In this document: positions 18,619-26,294 of the stretch, one piece after another | How the letters are laid out: each line of letters opens with the position of its first letter | How positions within the stretch are numbered: the stretch's first letter is position 1 | Assembly: GCA_041650335.1 (NCBI GenBank) | Contig: JBAZLK010000001.1 | Span: 36,940 to 100,939 of the forward strand | Direction of reading: 5' to 3' | Origin: Patescibacteria group bacterium | GTDB taxonomy: Bacteria; Patescibacteriota; Patescibacteriia; JAHIZJ01 | DNA: 64,000 nucleotides | Made by a program: the position numbers and the translations under genes | The notes under the pieces: generated by a model | The model's input: the letters and a program-made list of their open reading frames with translations, nothing else | Database searches by the model: none | Told to the model about the DNA's origin: nothing

Positions 18619-19865
18619 CACTCTCTCCACAAACAAAAAAAATCCTGATTATTGCCGGCCTGGCGGTCGTTGTATTGGTCGTCGGCGTCGCCATTTATTT
18701 TTTCTTTTTCCGATCAATTTTTGAACCGACGAGCAACGGAAACACAAATGGCAATACCAACAACACCAACGACCTTAATCGTTTACCCAACATTAACGGT
18801 AATCGGAACGTAAACGTAAATACGAACGGAAACACGAACAGTGTGTCGAATCTGCCGGACATTTCTGACGTGGCGGACGGCGGTCCGACGAAGGTTACCC
18901 CGATCATCAACAGCCGAACAAAAGACGGCGCGCCCACAAGCGATGGAACTAGCTATGTGTATTACGACCCCGCTACGTATAAGTTTTACAAAGTACTGGC
19001 AAACGGCGAACGCGTCGAAATCTCCTCAAAAGAGTTTTATGATGTTCAGAGCATTGCTTGGTCGCCTGATCGGCAGCAAGCCATCCTCAAGTATCCGGAC
19101 GGCAGTAATTTGTATTATAACTTCAGCGACGGCCTATCCGTGACGCTGCCAAAAGAAATACAGGAGCCGGAGTTTACGGCTTCTGGCAATAAAATCGCCT
19201 ATAAATTTATTGGCGAGCAAGAAGAACAGCAATGGCTGGCAGTCGCAAACCCAGACGGTAGCGAACAGCAGCTGCTTCAAGCGCTCGGCGACCGTGCCTC
19301 CCGCGTCGATGTCAATTGGTCACCCGACGGCCAAGTGGTGGGTATTTATCGGGAGGGTACCGGCCTTGATGAAGAGGAAATATACTTTATCGGCCAGCAC
19401 GGGGAAAATTTCAAATCCTTCACAGTCAAGGGCTCTGGGTTTACCAGCGCCTGGTCACCGCAAGGCGATAAGCTTCTTTATAGCGTCTATAGCGCCGACA
19501 CTGATTATAAACCGACGTTAAGCATTGTCGACGCGCGCGGTGACGCGGTTGGGCTTAATAATACCGCCCTAGATCTAAACACCTGGCCGGATAAATGCAC
19601 CTTTGGTGGCACTGCTCTGTATTGCGCCGTTCCGACCGATCTGGCGACTGGCGCCGGCTTGTCTCGGGATAGCGCCGTCACGGCAAGCGACAATTTCTAC
19701 AGCATTGACCTTGCGACCGGACAAAAAACACTCCTGGCGATTCCCTACAACGGACCCGAAGATATCGGGTATAGCGCTGACGGACTGTATTTATCACCTG
19801 GTGAAGACGCTTTGTATTTTCATAACGCGAAAAACGACAAGCTTGAAAAAATAACGCTCAAATAA
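18615..19865 (+). CDS. Membrane-anchored TolB-like beta-propeller protein
   Basis: N-terminal TM, Asn-rich stalk and repeated WSPD/WSPQ/LSPG blades. ATGA overlap with the upstream stop. Confidence 0.7.
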   Translation: MTLSPQTKKILIIAGLAVVVLVVGVAIYFFFFRSIFEPTSNGNTNGNTNNTNDLNRLPNINGNRNVNVNTNGNTNSVSNLPDISDVADGGPTKVTPIINSRTKDGAPTSDGTSYVYYDPATYKFYKVLANGERVEISSKEFYDVQSIAWSPDRQQAILKYPDGSNLYYNFSDGLSVTLPKEIQEPEFTASGNKIAYKFIGEQEEQQWLAVANPDGSEQQLLQALGDRASRVDVNWSPDGQVVGIYREGTGLDEEEIYFIGQHGENFKSFTVKGSGFTSAWSPQGDKLLYSVYSADTDYKPTLSIVDARGDAVGLNNTALDLNTWPDKCTFGGTALYCAVPTDLATGAGLSRDSAVTASDNFYSIDLATGQKTLLAIPYNGPEDIGYSADGLYLSPGEDALYFHNAKNDKLEKITLK

Positions 19866-19866
19866 T

Positions 19867-20610
19867 ATGGCTGAGAAAAAGGTAACGACCACCTCAAAAA
19901 CAAAAACCATCGTTATCGTTGTTGTCGGCTTGCTCGCCTTTCTCGGTTTTCTTTTTGCCTTGATTATGACCCGCTCGACAATAAACTCGATCTCGCGGCG
20001 GCTGAACACGAAGGTGGTTTATGAGGGGGTCTCAGATCCGGTTGACCAGTCCCAGGATGTTTTGGTAACTGTCGCGAATAAAGAAGTGAGCGGGACGCCG
20101 GAAATTCGTGACACCGATCCAGTTCTCGGGACAGCGGCTCCAAAAATCACCATCATCGAATTCGCCAGTTTCGGATCCGGCTATTCGGCGGCGGCTCAGC
20201 CGATTGTTCAGCAAATCATGGACAATTATGGCAGCGAGGTGAAGCTAGTTTTCAAGGATTATTTTAATCAGTCTGATGCAATGGCAAGCCTGGGAGCGAA
20301 GGCGGCCCGCTGCGCCCAAGCCCAAAACAAATTCTGGGAAATGGAAAAACAGATTTTTCAGACCACGGATGGATTTGAGAAATCGGACATTATTGATATC
20401 GCAAAAAATATCGGTTTAACCGAAGACACCTTTACCACCTGCCTCGATAAAACGGAAACCGATTCCGCCGTCAGTCAGAATATCAGCGATGGCATCGAAC
20501 TTCACCTGTCCGCCGTTCCGACGTTTTTTGTCGACGACAAGGTACTGACCGGCATTGTGACGTATGACGAATTTGAGGCACTGGTCATACAAGAACTCGA
20601 AGGAAAATAA
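19867..20610 (+). CDS. DsbA/thioredoxin-like protein lacking CXXC (SGYS)
   Basis: ITIIEFASFGSGYS replaces EF.DF.CP.C. It retains AARCAQAQNKFWEM and the VPTFFV cis-Pro motif. Confidence 0.75.
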   Translation: MAEKKVTTTSKTKTIVIVVVGLLAFLGFLFALIMTRSTINSISRRLNTKVVYEGVSDPVDQSQDVLVTVANKEVSGTPEIRDTDPVLGTAAPKITIIEFASFGSGYSAAAQPIVQQIMDNYGSEVKLVFKDYFNQSDAMASLGAKAARCAQAQNKFWEMEKQIFQTTDGFEKSDIIDIAKNIGLTEDTFTTCLDKTETDSAVSQNISDGIELHLSAVPTFFVDDKVLTGIVTYDEFEALVIQELEGK

Positions 20611-20692
20611 CAGAGTCAAACATCACAGATATATAAACGCGGCCTTGTCCCGTGTTTTCGTTTATCTATGGGATATAATAGTGCCCTGAATT

Positions 20693-20783
20693 TACAATGC
20701 AAAATTCAAAAGTAAAAATTATTGTTCCCCGCCTATGGCGGGGTTCATCCATTTTTAATTATTAATTTTGAATTCTGAATTTT
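20693..20783. repeat. Heptamer-periodic inverted element with central GC hairpin
   Basis: Left arm tacaatg-caaaatt-caaaagt-aaaaatt and right arm tttaatt-attaatt-ttgaatt-ctgaatt, with central CCCCGCC-TAT-GGCGGGG (20727-20743). Confidence 0.6.
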
Positions 20784-20885
20784 CTCCTTGGCCCAAAGAA
20801 AAAAGCAGGCGACTATCTCTTCGGACGCGAGTCCAAAAGAGACAGCCAACCTGCTGTGACAGACAAGAGCAGTACAGACGCGTAA

Positions 20886-21461
20886 CTACGCAGACGGGAC
20901 AGTGCGTGCCCGGGACCGACAGCGTCCGTTGACAGCCACCAGACCGAACAGCTCGAGAACCTCGGCCGGACCGCTGAAATGCTGCAGCGACTCGCCGAAC
21001 TGCTCAACCCATTGGGTCAGAGTCGTCGTGGTGCCCTTGATGGCGCCGCAGTGACCCGTTGCCGTGGGGTGGAGGCAGACCGCGAGCTTAACCTCGCCTT
21101 CTCCGTGGAGTCGTGCCGTGACCAGGCCACGGAAGTCGTGGTGCCCGGCATAGATGAAGCCAGGACGTTCGGGCTTGTACCGACGCAGTTCCTGACAGAC
21201 CTCGCCAACCGGGTCTACGCCAGCCGCTGTGAGCAGGTCCATGGGTCCACCGAGGTGGCGGATCCGAGGATCCGCTGCGAACACGGCGAGCGGCTTGGAG
21301 ACTTCAGGGACCAGGCCATGGATCTGCCCAGGCCCGACCAGGTTGATGCAGGCGTTGAACTGTCTCGCCCCACCGCTTCCACGGAACTCGACATCGAACG
21401 GACTGAAGACACATGACCCGAACGTGTACTTACCCGTCGTTGGGTTGTAGATCCTGCACAT
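20886..21461 (-). CDS. Hypothetical protein
   Basis: 191-aa ORF with SD GGGAGG and GC-rich codons, preceded by a long leader and a promoter. No recognisable domain. Confidence 0.5.
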   Translation of the reverse strand: MCRIYNPTTGKYTFGSCVFSPFDVEFRGSGGARQFNACINLVGPGQIHGLVPEVSKPLAVFAADPRIRHLGGPMDLLTAAGVDPVGEVCQELRRYKPERPGFIYAGHHDFRGLVTARLHGEGEVKLAVCLHPTATGHCGAIKGTTTTLTQWVEQFGESLQHFSGPAEVLELFGLVAVNGRCRSRARTVPSA

Positions 21462-21905
21462 ACTCGCCTCCCTTTCAGGCAGTATGTAGAAGTGTCGTGA
21501 GGATCCGTCCTCACCGATCTCATGCTAGATGCAATGAGTGTTAAGGATCCCCTGTTACCATACCGTGATGTAGAAGAACGGCGATCGAAGAACCCGCAAC
21601 CTCAGCCGAACTTCATGCGCATGTCAACCCCCTTTGCCGTTGTTGTACCCCCTGTACCCGCATTCCTCGGGATGCTGATCTACCGGATTGCTCCGGAGAA
21701 AATCGCGGGGGGAGCCCGTAACGTTTCAGTGGTCCTTCCATCAACTGGGTAGGGCTTGGTCTGGGGAAAGGGCCCAGGCCGTTCTCCTACTGATGTCGTG
21801 GGCAGACCTATACAGATTTGAATCGCGGGGCTCCCACCCACTAACCTTGCTTTCAAGTGTCTGGTGTGTCGTAGCACGCGAACTAAGATAGCAATGTGCT
21901 ATCAA
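21459..21905 (-). ncRNA. Candidate ~440-nt structured leader/ncRNA
   Basis: Long-range GGGAGCCC/GGGCTCCC pair, CCGGA-GCAA-TCCGG hairpin, GTGAGGA/TCCTCAC hairpin, and a hairpin occluding the SD and AUG. It sits downstream of a consensus promoter. Confidence 0.45.
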
Positions 21906-21907
21906 CG

Positions 21908-21936
21908 AGTATATTCAGATATTGCATTTTTGTCAA
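21908..21936 (-). promoter_or_regulatory. Sigma70 promoter TTGACA-N17-TATACT
   Basis: The minus strand reads ttgacaaaaatgcaatatctgaatatact. Confidence 0.65.
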
Positions 21937-21950
21937 GGCAGGGGAGCGCC

Positions 21951-24032
21951 TTATTCCCAGTGAATTGATTCCTTAAACTCGCGCATTTTTTGCCTGATGT
22001 TAGGGTATTGTGTCAATTCGAAATCATGGTGAAGAATATTTTTCGCTATGGTTTGCGCTTTATTGATAATCGGAAAATCGGTTAGTTTCGCGATTTTAAA
22101 TTCTGGAAATCCAGATTGACGTAAGCCGTAGAGTTCGCCGGCCCCGCGCATTTCTAGGTCCTTTTCCGCTAAAGCAAAGCCATTTTGCGAACCAGCAATC
22201 GCATAGAGACGTTGCTGGGCGTTTTCGTTTTCGGTTTCGGTCAAGAGGAAGCAGGAGGCTTGATGACTGCCTCGGCCGACGCGGCCGCGAAACTGGTGGA
22301 GCTGAGCCAAGCCAAAGCGTTCGGCGCCTTCAATCAGCATGACCGTCGCATTCGGCACGTCAATGCCGACTTCAATAACCGACGTTGAAACGAGTATCTG
22401 AATCCTATTCGCTAAAAAATCGCGCATGACTTTTTCGCGACTCGGCGCCGGTAGTCGGCCGTGGAGCAAGCCGATTCTAAATTCTGGGAAGATCTTCTTT
22501 TGCAGCCGCTCGTGCTCTTCACGGGCTGATTTCACGCCGAGCTTGTCTGACGGATCGATCAGCGGGCAAATGACAAACGCCTGTCGGCCATGAGTGATTT
22601 CCTCGGCGATGAACTGATAGGTTTCCTTTCGTTCGTGCGGGGGCACGATCTTGGTACGAATCTTTTGACGGCCTTTTGGCAGTTCATCAATGACCGAAAT
22701 ATCCAGATCACCATAAAAACCGAGTGCGAGCGTTCGTGGGATCGGCGTGGCGGTCAGGCTCAGAAAATGAGGGGACGTCGTCGCGCCGGTTTGTGATTTT
22801 CCAGCCAAGGCTTTCCGCTGGTCTACGCCGAAACGATGCTGCTCGTCGACCATGGCCAGGCCAAGTCGATGAAACGATATTTTTTCCTGGAGAACAGCGT
22901 GTGTGCCGATCAGCAGGTCGACGTCGCCATTTGAGATTTTTCGGGCGAGCGATGTTTGAGTTAAAGGCCTTTTCGTCTGATTCGTCATTTTCAGGCTTCG
23001 AGTCAGAAGCCCGACGGTTATTTTTTCTTTTTGGAAAAGTTTTGAAAAGGTATCAAAATGCTGACCGGCGAGAATTTCGGTCGGAGCCATGAGAACTGAT
23101 TGCCAGCCCTGTTTGGCGGCGTTGAGCACAGCCAGGCTGGCGACGACGGTTTTACCCGAGCCGACGTCGCCGTCCAAGAGGCGGTTCATCGGATGATTTT
23201 TCCCCATGTCCCGCAATATTTGCCAGGCGGCGCGGCGTTGGGCGTTTGTCAGGCGGAAGGGCAGGCGGTCGACATATTTTTTCGTCAGTTCCTGATTGAA
23301 CGGTATGGTTGGTGCCGGGATATGCTCGAGCAGGCGGCGGTTTTGGAGCGTATAGACTTGGATCGGAAAAAGCTCGTCGAACTTAAGGCGCTCAAGCGCT
23401 TTTTTTAAAAGAGAATGACTGCGTGGAAAATGAATTTCCTGTAGGGCGGATTGCTCCTCCATCAACTCAGCCTGTTTTCTGAGGGCAAAAGGGAGATAGT
23501 CAATCGTTCGACGGGCGAGCGGTCTCACCAGCTGGGCGAGAAAGCGAATCTGGCGCTGGGTTAGCCGGCTTGTCGTCGGATAGATGGGCACAAGCCGGCC
23601 AGTATGGATCGCCGGACCGGCTAATTTTTCATATGAGGGGCTGGTAAAATGCAGACCATATTTGTCCATTTCCAGCTTGCCAGCCACGACGATATGATCG
23701 CCCGGCGAAAAGGTTTTCAGTAAGTAGGGTTGGTTAAACCAGATGATTTTTACTGAGCCGGTTTGGTCGCCGACAATCGCTTCAGTGATATAGAGGCGCC
23801 GGCGGAAACTTCGGCGGTTCTGAATGTCTTGAATCTTTCCCTTGATTGTTACCTGGGCGCCTGGGACGAGCTTGTCGATGGTGGTGATCTTCGAAAAATC
23901 TTCGTAGCGCGAGGGAAAATGAAACAAAATATCCTTAGCTGTTCGGAGACCGAGTGTTTTCAGGCGTTGGGCCACTGTTTTCCCAACCGAGTATAATTCC
24001 TCAACCGGCGTATCAAATTGAATGAGTTTCAT
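21951..24032 (-). CDS. recG: ATP-dependent DNA helicase RecG
   Basis: Wedge domain, GDVGSGKT, DEQHRFGV, TATPIPRT, QLHQFRGRVGRG and DLEMRGAGE. Confidence 0.96.
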   Translation of the reverse strand: MKLIQFDTPVEELYSVGKTVAQRLKTLGLRTAKDILFHFPSRYEDFSKITTIDKLVPGAQVTIKGKIQDIQNRRSFRRRLYITEAIVGDQTGSVKIIWFNQPYLLKTFSPGDHIVVAGKLEMDKYGLHFTSPSYEKLAGPAIHTGRLVPIYPTTSRLTQRQIRFLAQLVRPLARRTIDYLPFALRKQAELMEEQSALQEIHFPRSHSLLKKALERLKFDELFPIQVYTLQNRRLLEHIPAPTIPFNQELTKKYVDRLPFRLTNAQRRAAWQILRDMGKNHPMNRLLDGDVGSGKTVVASLAVLNAAKQGWQSVLMAPTEILAGQHFDTFSKLFQKEKITVGLLTRSLKMTNQTKRPLTQTSLARKISNGDVDLLIGTHAVLQEKISFHRLGLAMVDEQHRFGVDQRKALAGKSQTGATTSPHFLSLTATPIPRTLALGFYGDLDISVIDELPKGRQKIRTKIVPPHERKETYQFIAEEITHGRQAFVICPLIDPSDKLGVKSAREEHERLQKKIFPEFRIGLLHGRLPAPSREKVMRDFLANRIQILVSTSVIEVGIDVPNATVMLIEGAERFGLAQLHQFRGRVGRGSHQASCFLLTETENENAQQRLYAIAGSQNGFALAEKDLEMRGAGELYGLRQSGFPEFKIAKLTDFPIINKAQTIAKNILHHDFELTQYPNIRQKMREFKESIHWE

Positions 24033-24112
24033 ACCCCAATGGTATCAGATTATTCCCAAAAGCGGAATGCAGATCTAGACTGATCCGCATTCTATTGATA
24101 TACTACGGCCTG

Positions 24113-24679
24113 ATGTTAACCCAATTATTTCAACATATCGACCTCGTCGTCTCTCAGGTTCTGCAGTCGTTCCAGCCGTCCTGGCTGACAGATATTGCCC
24201 GGCACGTCAGCGGTGTCTGCGCGCCGCGATTTGTCGTGCCGGCGCTCATCGTCAGCTTGATCGTCTGGTGGTATTCTCGTCAAAAACACCGTGAGGCAAT
24301 CCAATTCGCGGCGGTCCTTACCGGTAATATTTTCTCATTTATTCTGAAGCCGCTGATTGAGCGGCCGCGCCCAGTTGATGGCGTTGTACGCGTCATGGTC
24401 TATGAGCCAACGTACAGCTTTCCGAGCGGCCATGCCTTGGCTATTGCCCTCGGCGCCGGGTTTCTCTGGCTTTGGTCGAATCACTTCTCGCGGCCTGTCT
24501 GTTGGGTTATCCGATTGGTCGCGATTGTTGCTTTTTTGGCAGTCGGCTGGTCACGCATCTATCTCGGCGCGCACTGGTTGAGCGACGTCGTTGCCGGATA
24601 TGCGATTGGACTTCTCTGGGTCGGGGCAGTCTGGCTCTACTGGCCGAAAGTATTGGCTAGAACTCTAAAAAAGATATAA
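24113..24679 (+). CDS. PAP2 family membrane phosphatase
   Basis: KxxxxRPRP, SFPSGH and SRIYLGAHWLSDV motifs. Confidence 0.9.
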   Translation: MLTQLFQHIDLVVSQVLQSFQPSWLTDIARHVSGVCAPRFVVPALIVSLIVWWYSRQKHREAIQFAAVLTGNIFSFILKPLIERPRPVDGVVRVMVYEPTYSFPSGHALAIALGAGFLWLWSNHFSRPVCWVIRLVAIVAFLAVGWSRIYLGAHWLSDVVAGYAIGLLWVGAVWLYWPKVLARTLKKI

Positions 24680-24731
24680 GGCGATCGTCATAATCACAAA
24701 AACCGCGACTGAGCGGTTTTATGTTTTATCA

Positions 24732-24808
24732 TGGTGCGCCCGGCAGGGGTCGAACCTGCGACCTTGAGATCCGCAATCTCACGCTCTATCCAGCTGAGCT
24801 ACGGGCGC
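24732..24808 (-). tRNA. tRNA-Arg (anticodon GCG)
   Basis: GCGCCCGTAGCTCAGCTGGATAGAGCG-TGAGA TT GCG GA TCTCA-AGGTCGCAGGTTCGACCCCTGCCGGGCGCACCA; full cloverleaf with encoded CCA. Confidence 0.95.
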
Positions 24809-24841
24809 GCGTGTATCCATTGTTGGAGTCGGACGCGATTC

Positions 24842-25330
24842 TTAGAGTTTGTACTCGCGACTGATGGTTTCCGAGATATTTTCGTCCTCTTTTGAAATAT
24901 CCTCTTTCAAGTAATCGAGCAAGATTTCCCGCACCTTCGTCGGTTGGGCGCGTTCGAGCGGGATAACGAGCTCGGGCTTCCAAAAGGTTTTAAAATGGAA
25001 ATAGACGAATTTGCTGTGCGGCGGTTTGTATATTACCCAGAATTTTTCGATATCGTCAAATGGGTAGAACTTGGTATTAACCCGAAGCCCGTCTTCCAGG
25101 ATGGTAAACTGAAGCATCTGCGGTTTGCGACGGCCTGAAACGTAGATAACCGTCCAGGCGATCAGGATGATCATGAGGAAGAGAAAGTTGGCCGTGAAGA
25201 GCGACCAGATCATCGCTGCCCCGCCAATCAGGAAAAAGAAGACATACCAGGCTTTCCCGCGCTGGCGCACTTGGTGTTCGGGGAACTTCCAGGTGGCTAA
25301 TTTTTGGCCGCGATCATTCGTTTCGGGCAT
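24842..25330 (-). CDS. Hypothetical membrane protein (two TM helices plus soluble domain)
   Basis: Two N-terminal hydrophobic helices in a 162-aa ORF. Confidence 0.65.
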   Translation of the reverse strand: MPETNDRGQKLATWKFPEHQVRQRGKAWYVFFFLIGGAAMIWSLFTANFLFLMIILIAWTVIYVSGRRKPQMLQFTILEDGLRVNTKFYPFDDIEKFWVIYKPPHSKFVYFHFKTFWKPELVIPLERAQPTKVREILLDYLKEDISKEDENISETISREYKL

Positions 25331-25391
25331 AGAGTTTAGCGATAGGTATTAGCGCCTGTATAGTACCATGTTTTTAGGCTCGGTAACAGCC

Positions 25392-26135
25392 TTAGGGTTT
25401 GTTCTTGTCCACGGCGTCTTGCAGAGACTGTTTCAGCTGTTCGTAGGTTGAAAACGGTTGCAGCATTTTTCCGCCGAGATAATAGGTGGGTGTGCCTTCA
25501 ATTGGGATACGCTCGCCGGCTAAGACGGCGTCAGAAACGATTTTTTTAACGGTGTCGGAAGAATAGTCGCTCTGAAATTGGGTTTTATCAAGGCTTAGCG
25601 ACTCGGCGTACTGGGCAAACGTGTTTGCCGGGTCATCAAGCCCTGACCACTCGGCTTGTTTTTCAAACAAAAGATCATGCATTTCCCAAAACTTACCCTG
25701 TTTGCCGGCGGCTTCAGCTGCCCAGGCGGCCGGTTTCGCGTTTGGATGCATGGGGAGGGGAAAGTGGCGGAAAACAAAGGCGACACGATCGTTAAACTCA
25801 GACTCGGCCTGTTTGACGAACGGATACCGGGCGGAGCAGGCAGGACATTGAAAATCGCTGTATTCGATTAAGACAACTTTTGAATCGTTTTTGCCCCTGA
25901 CCCAGTCGCCGCCGGCAACGGCATCAAGAGGTAATTTTGGCGTTTTGGCGGCGCTTTTACTGCCCAGCCAGAAGATGCCGAATATGACGAGCGCCCCAGC
26001 GACGCCGATAATGCTCCAGAGCAATATTTTATTACGGCGCTGTTTGCTGCCTTGTTGTTCGCGACGTTCGGTTTTTTCCTGCCGGCGCAGTTCGCGACGT
26101 TCGCGTTTGGTCAGATTTTGGTTTGGTTCATCCAT
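25392..26135 (-). CDS. dsbA: DsbA family thiol-disulfide oxidoreductase
   Basis: EYSDFQCPAC, FRHFPL, AAEAAGKQGKFWEMHD and GTPT, with an N-terminal TM. Confidence 0.9.
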   Translation of the reverse strand: MDEPNQNLTKRERRELRRQEKTERREQQGSKQRRNKILLWSIIGVAGALVIFGIFWLGSKSAAKTPKLPLDAVAGGDWVRGKNDSKVVLIEYSDFQCPACSARYPFVKQAESEFNDRVAFVFRHFPLPMHPNAKPAAWAAEAAGKQGKFWEMHDLLFEKQAEWSGLDDPANTFAQYAESLSLDKTQFQSDYSSDTVKKIVSDAVLAGERIPIEGTPTYYLGGKMLQPFSTYEQLKQSLQDAVDKNKP

Positions 26136-26167
26136 ATGGAAATTGCTATTTTATTAGACGATTATTC

Positions 26168-26257
26168 TGGCGGAGGCGGTAGGATTCGAACCTACGATAC
26201 CTTTGCAGGTATTCCGGTTTTCAAGACCGGCCCGTTCAACCACTCCGGCACGCCTCC
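26168..26257 (-). tRNA. tRNA-Ser (anticodon TGA)
   Basis: GGAGGCGTGCCGGAGTGGTTGAACGGG-CCGGT CT TGA AA ACCGG, long variable arm, GTAGGTTCGAATCCTAC...GCCA. Confidence 0.95.
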
Positions 26258-26294
26258 TGAAGAGGGTGATCATACAATGGCGGGCAACTCGGGT

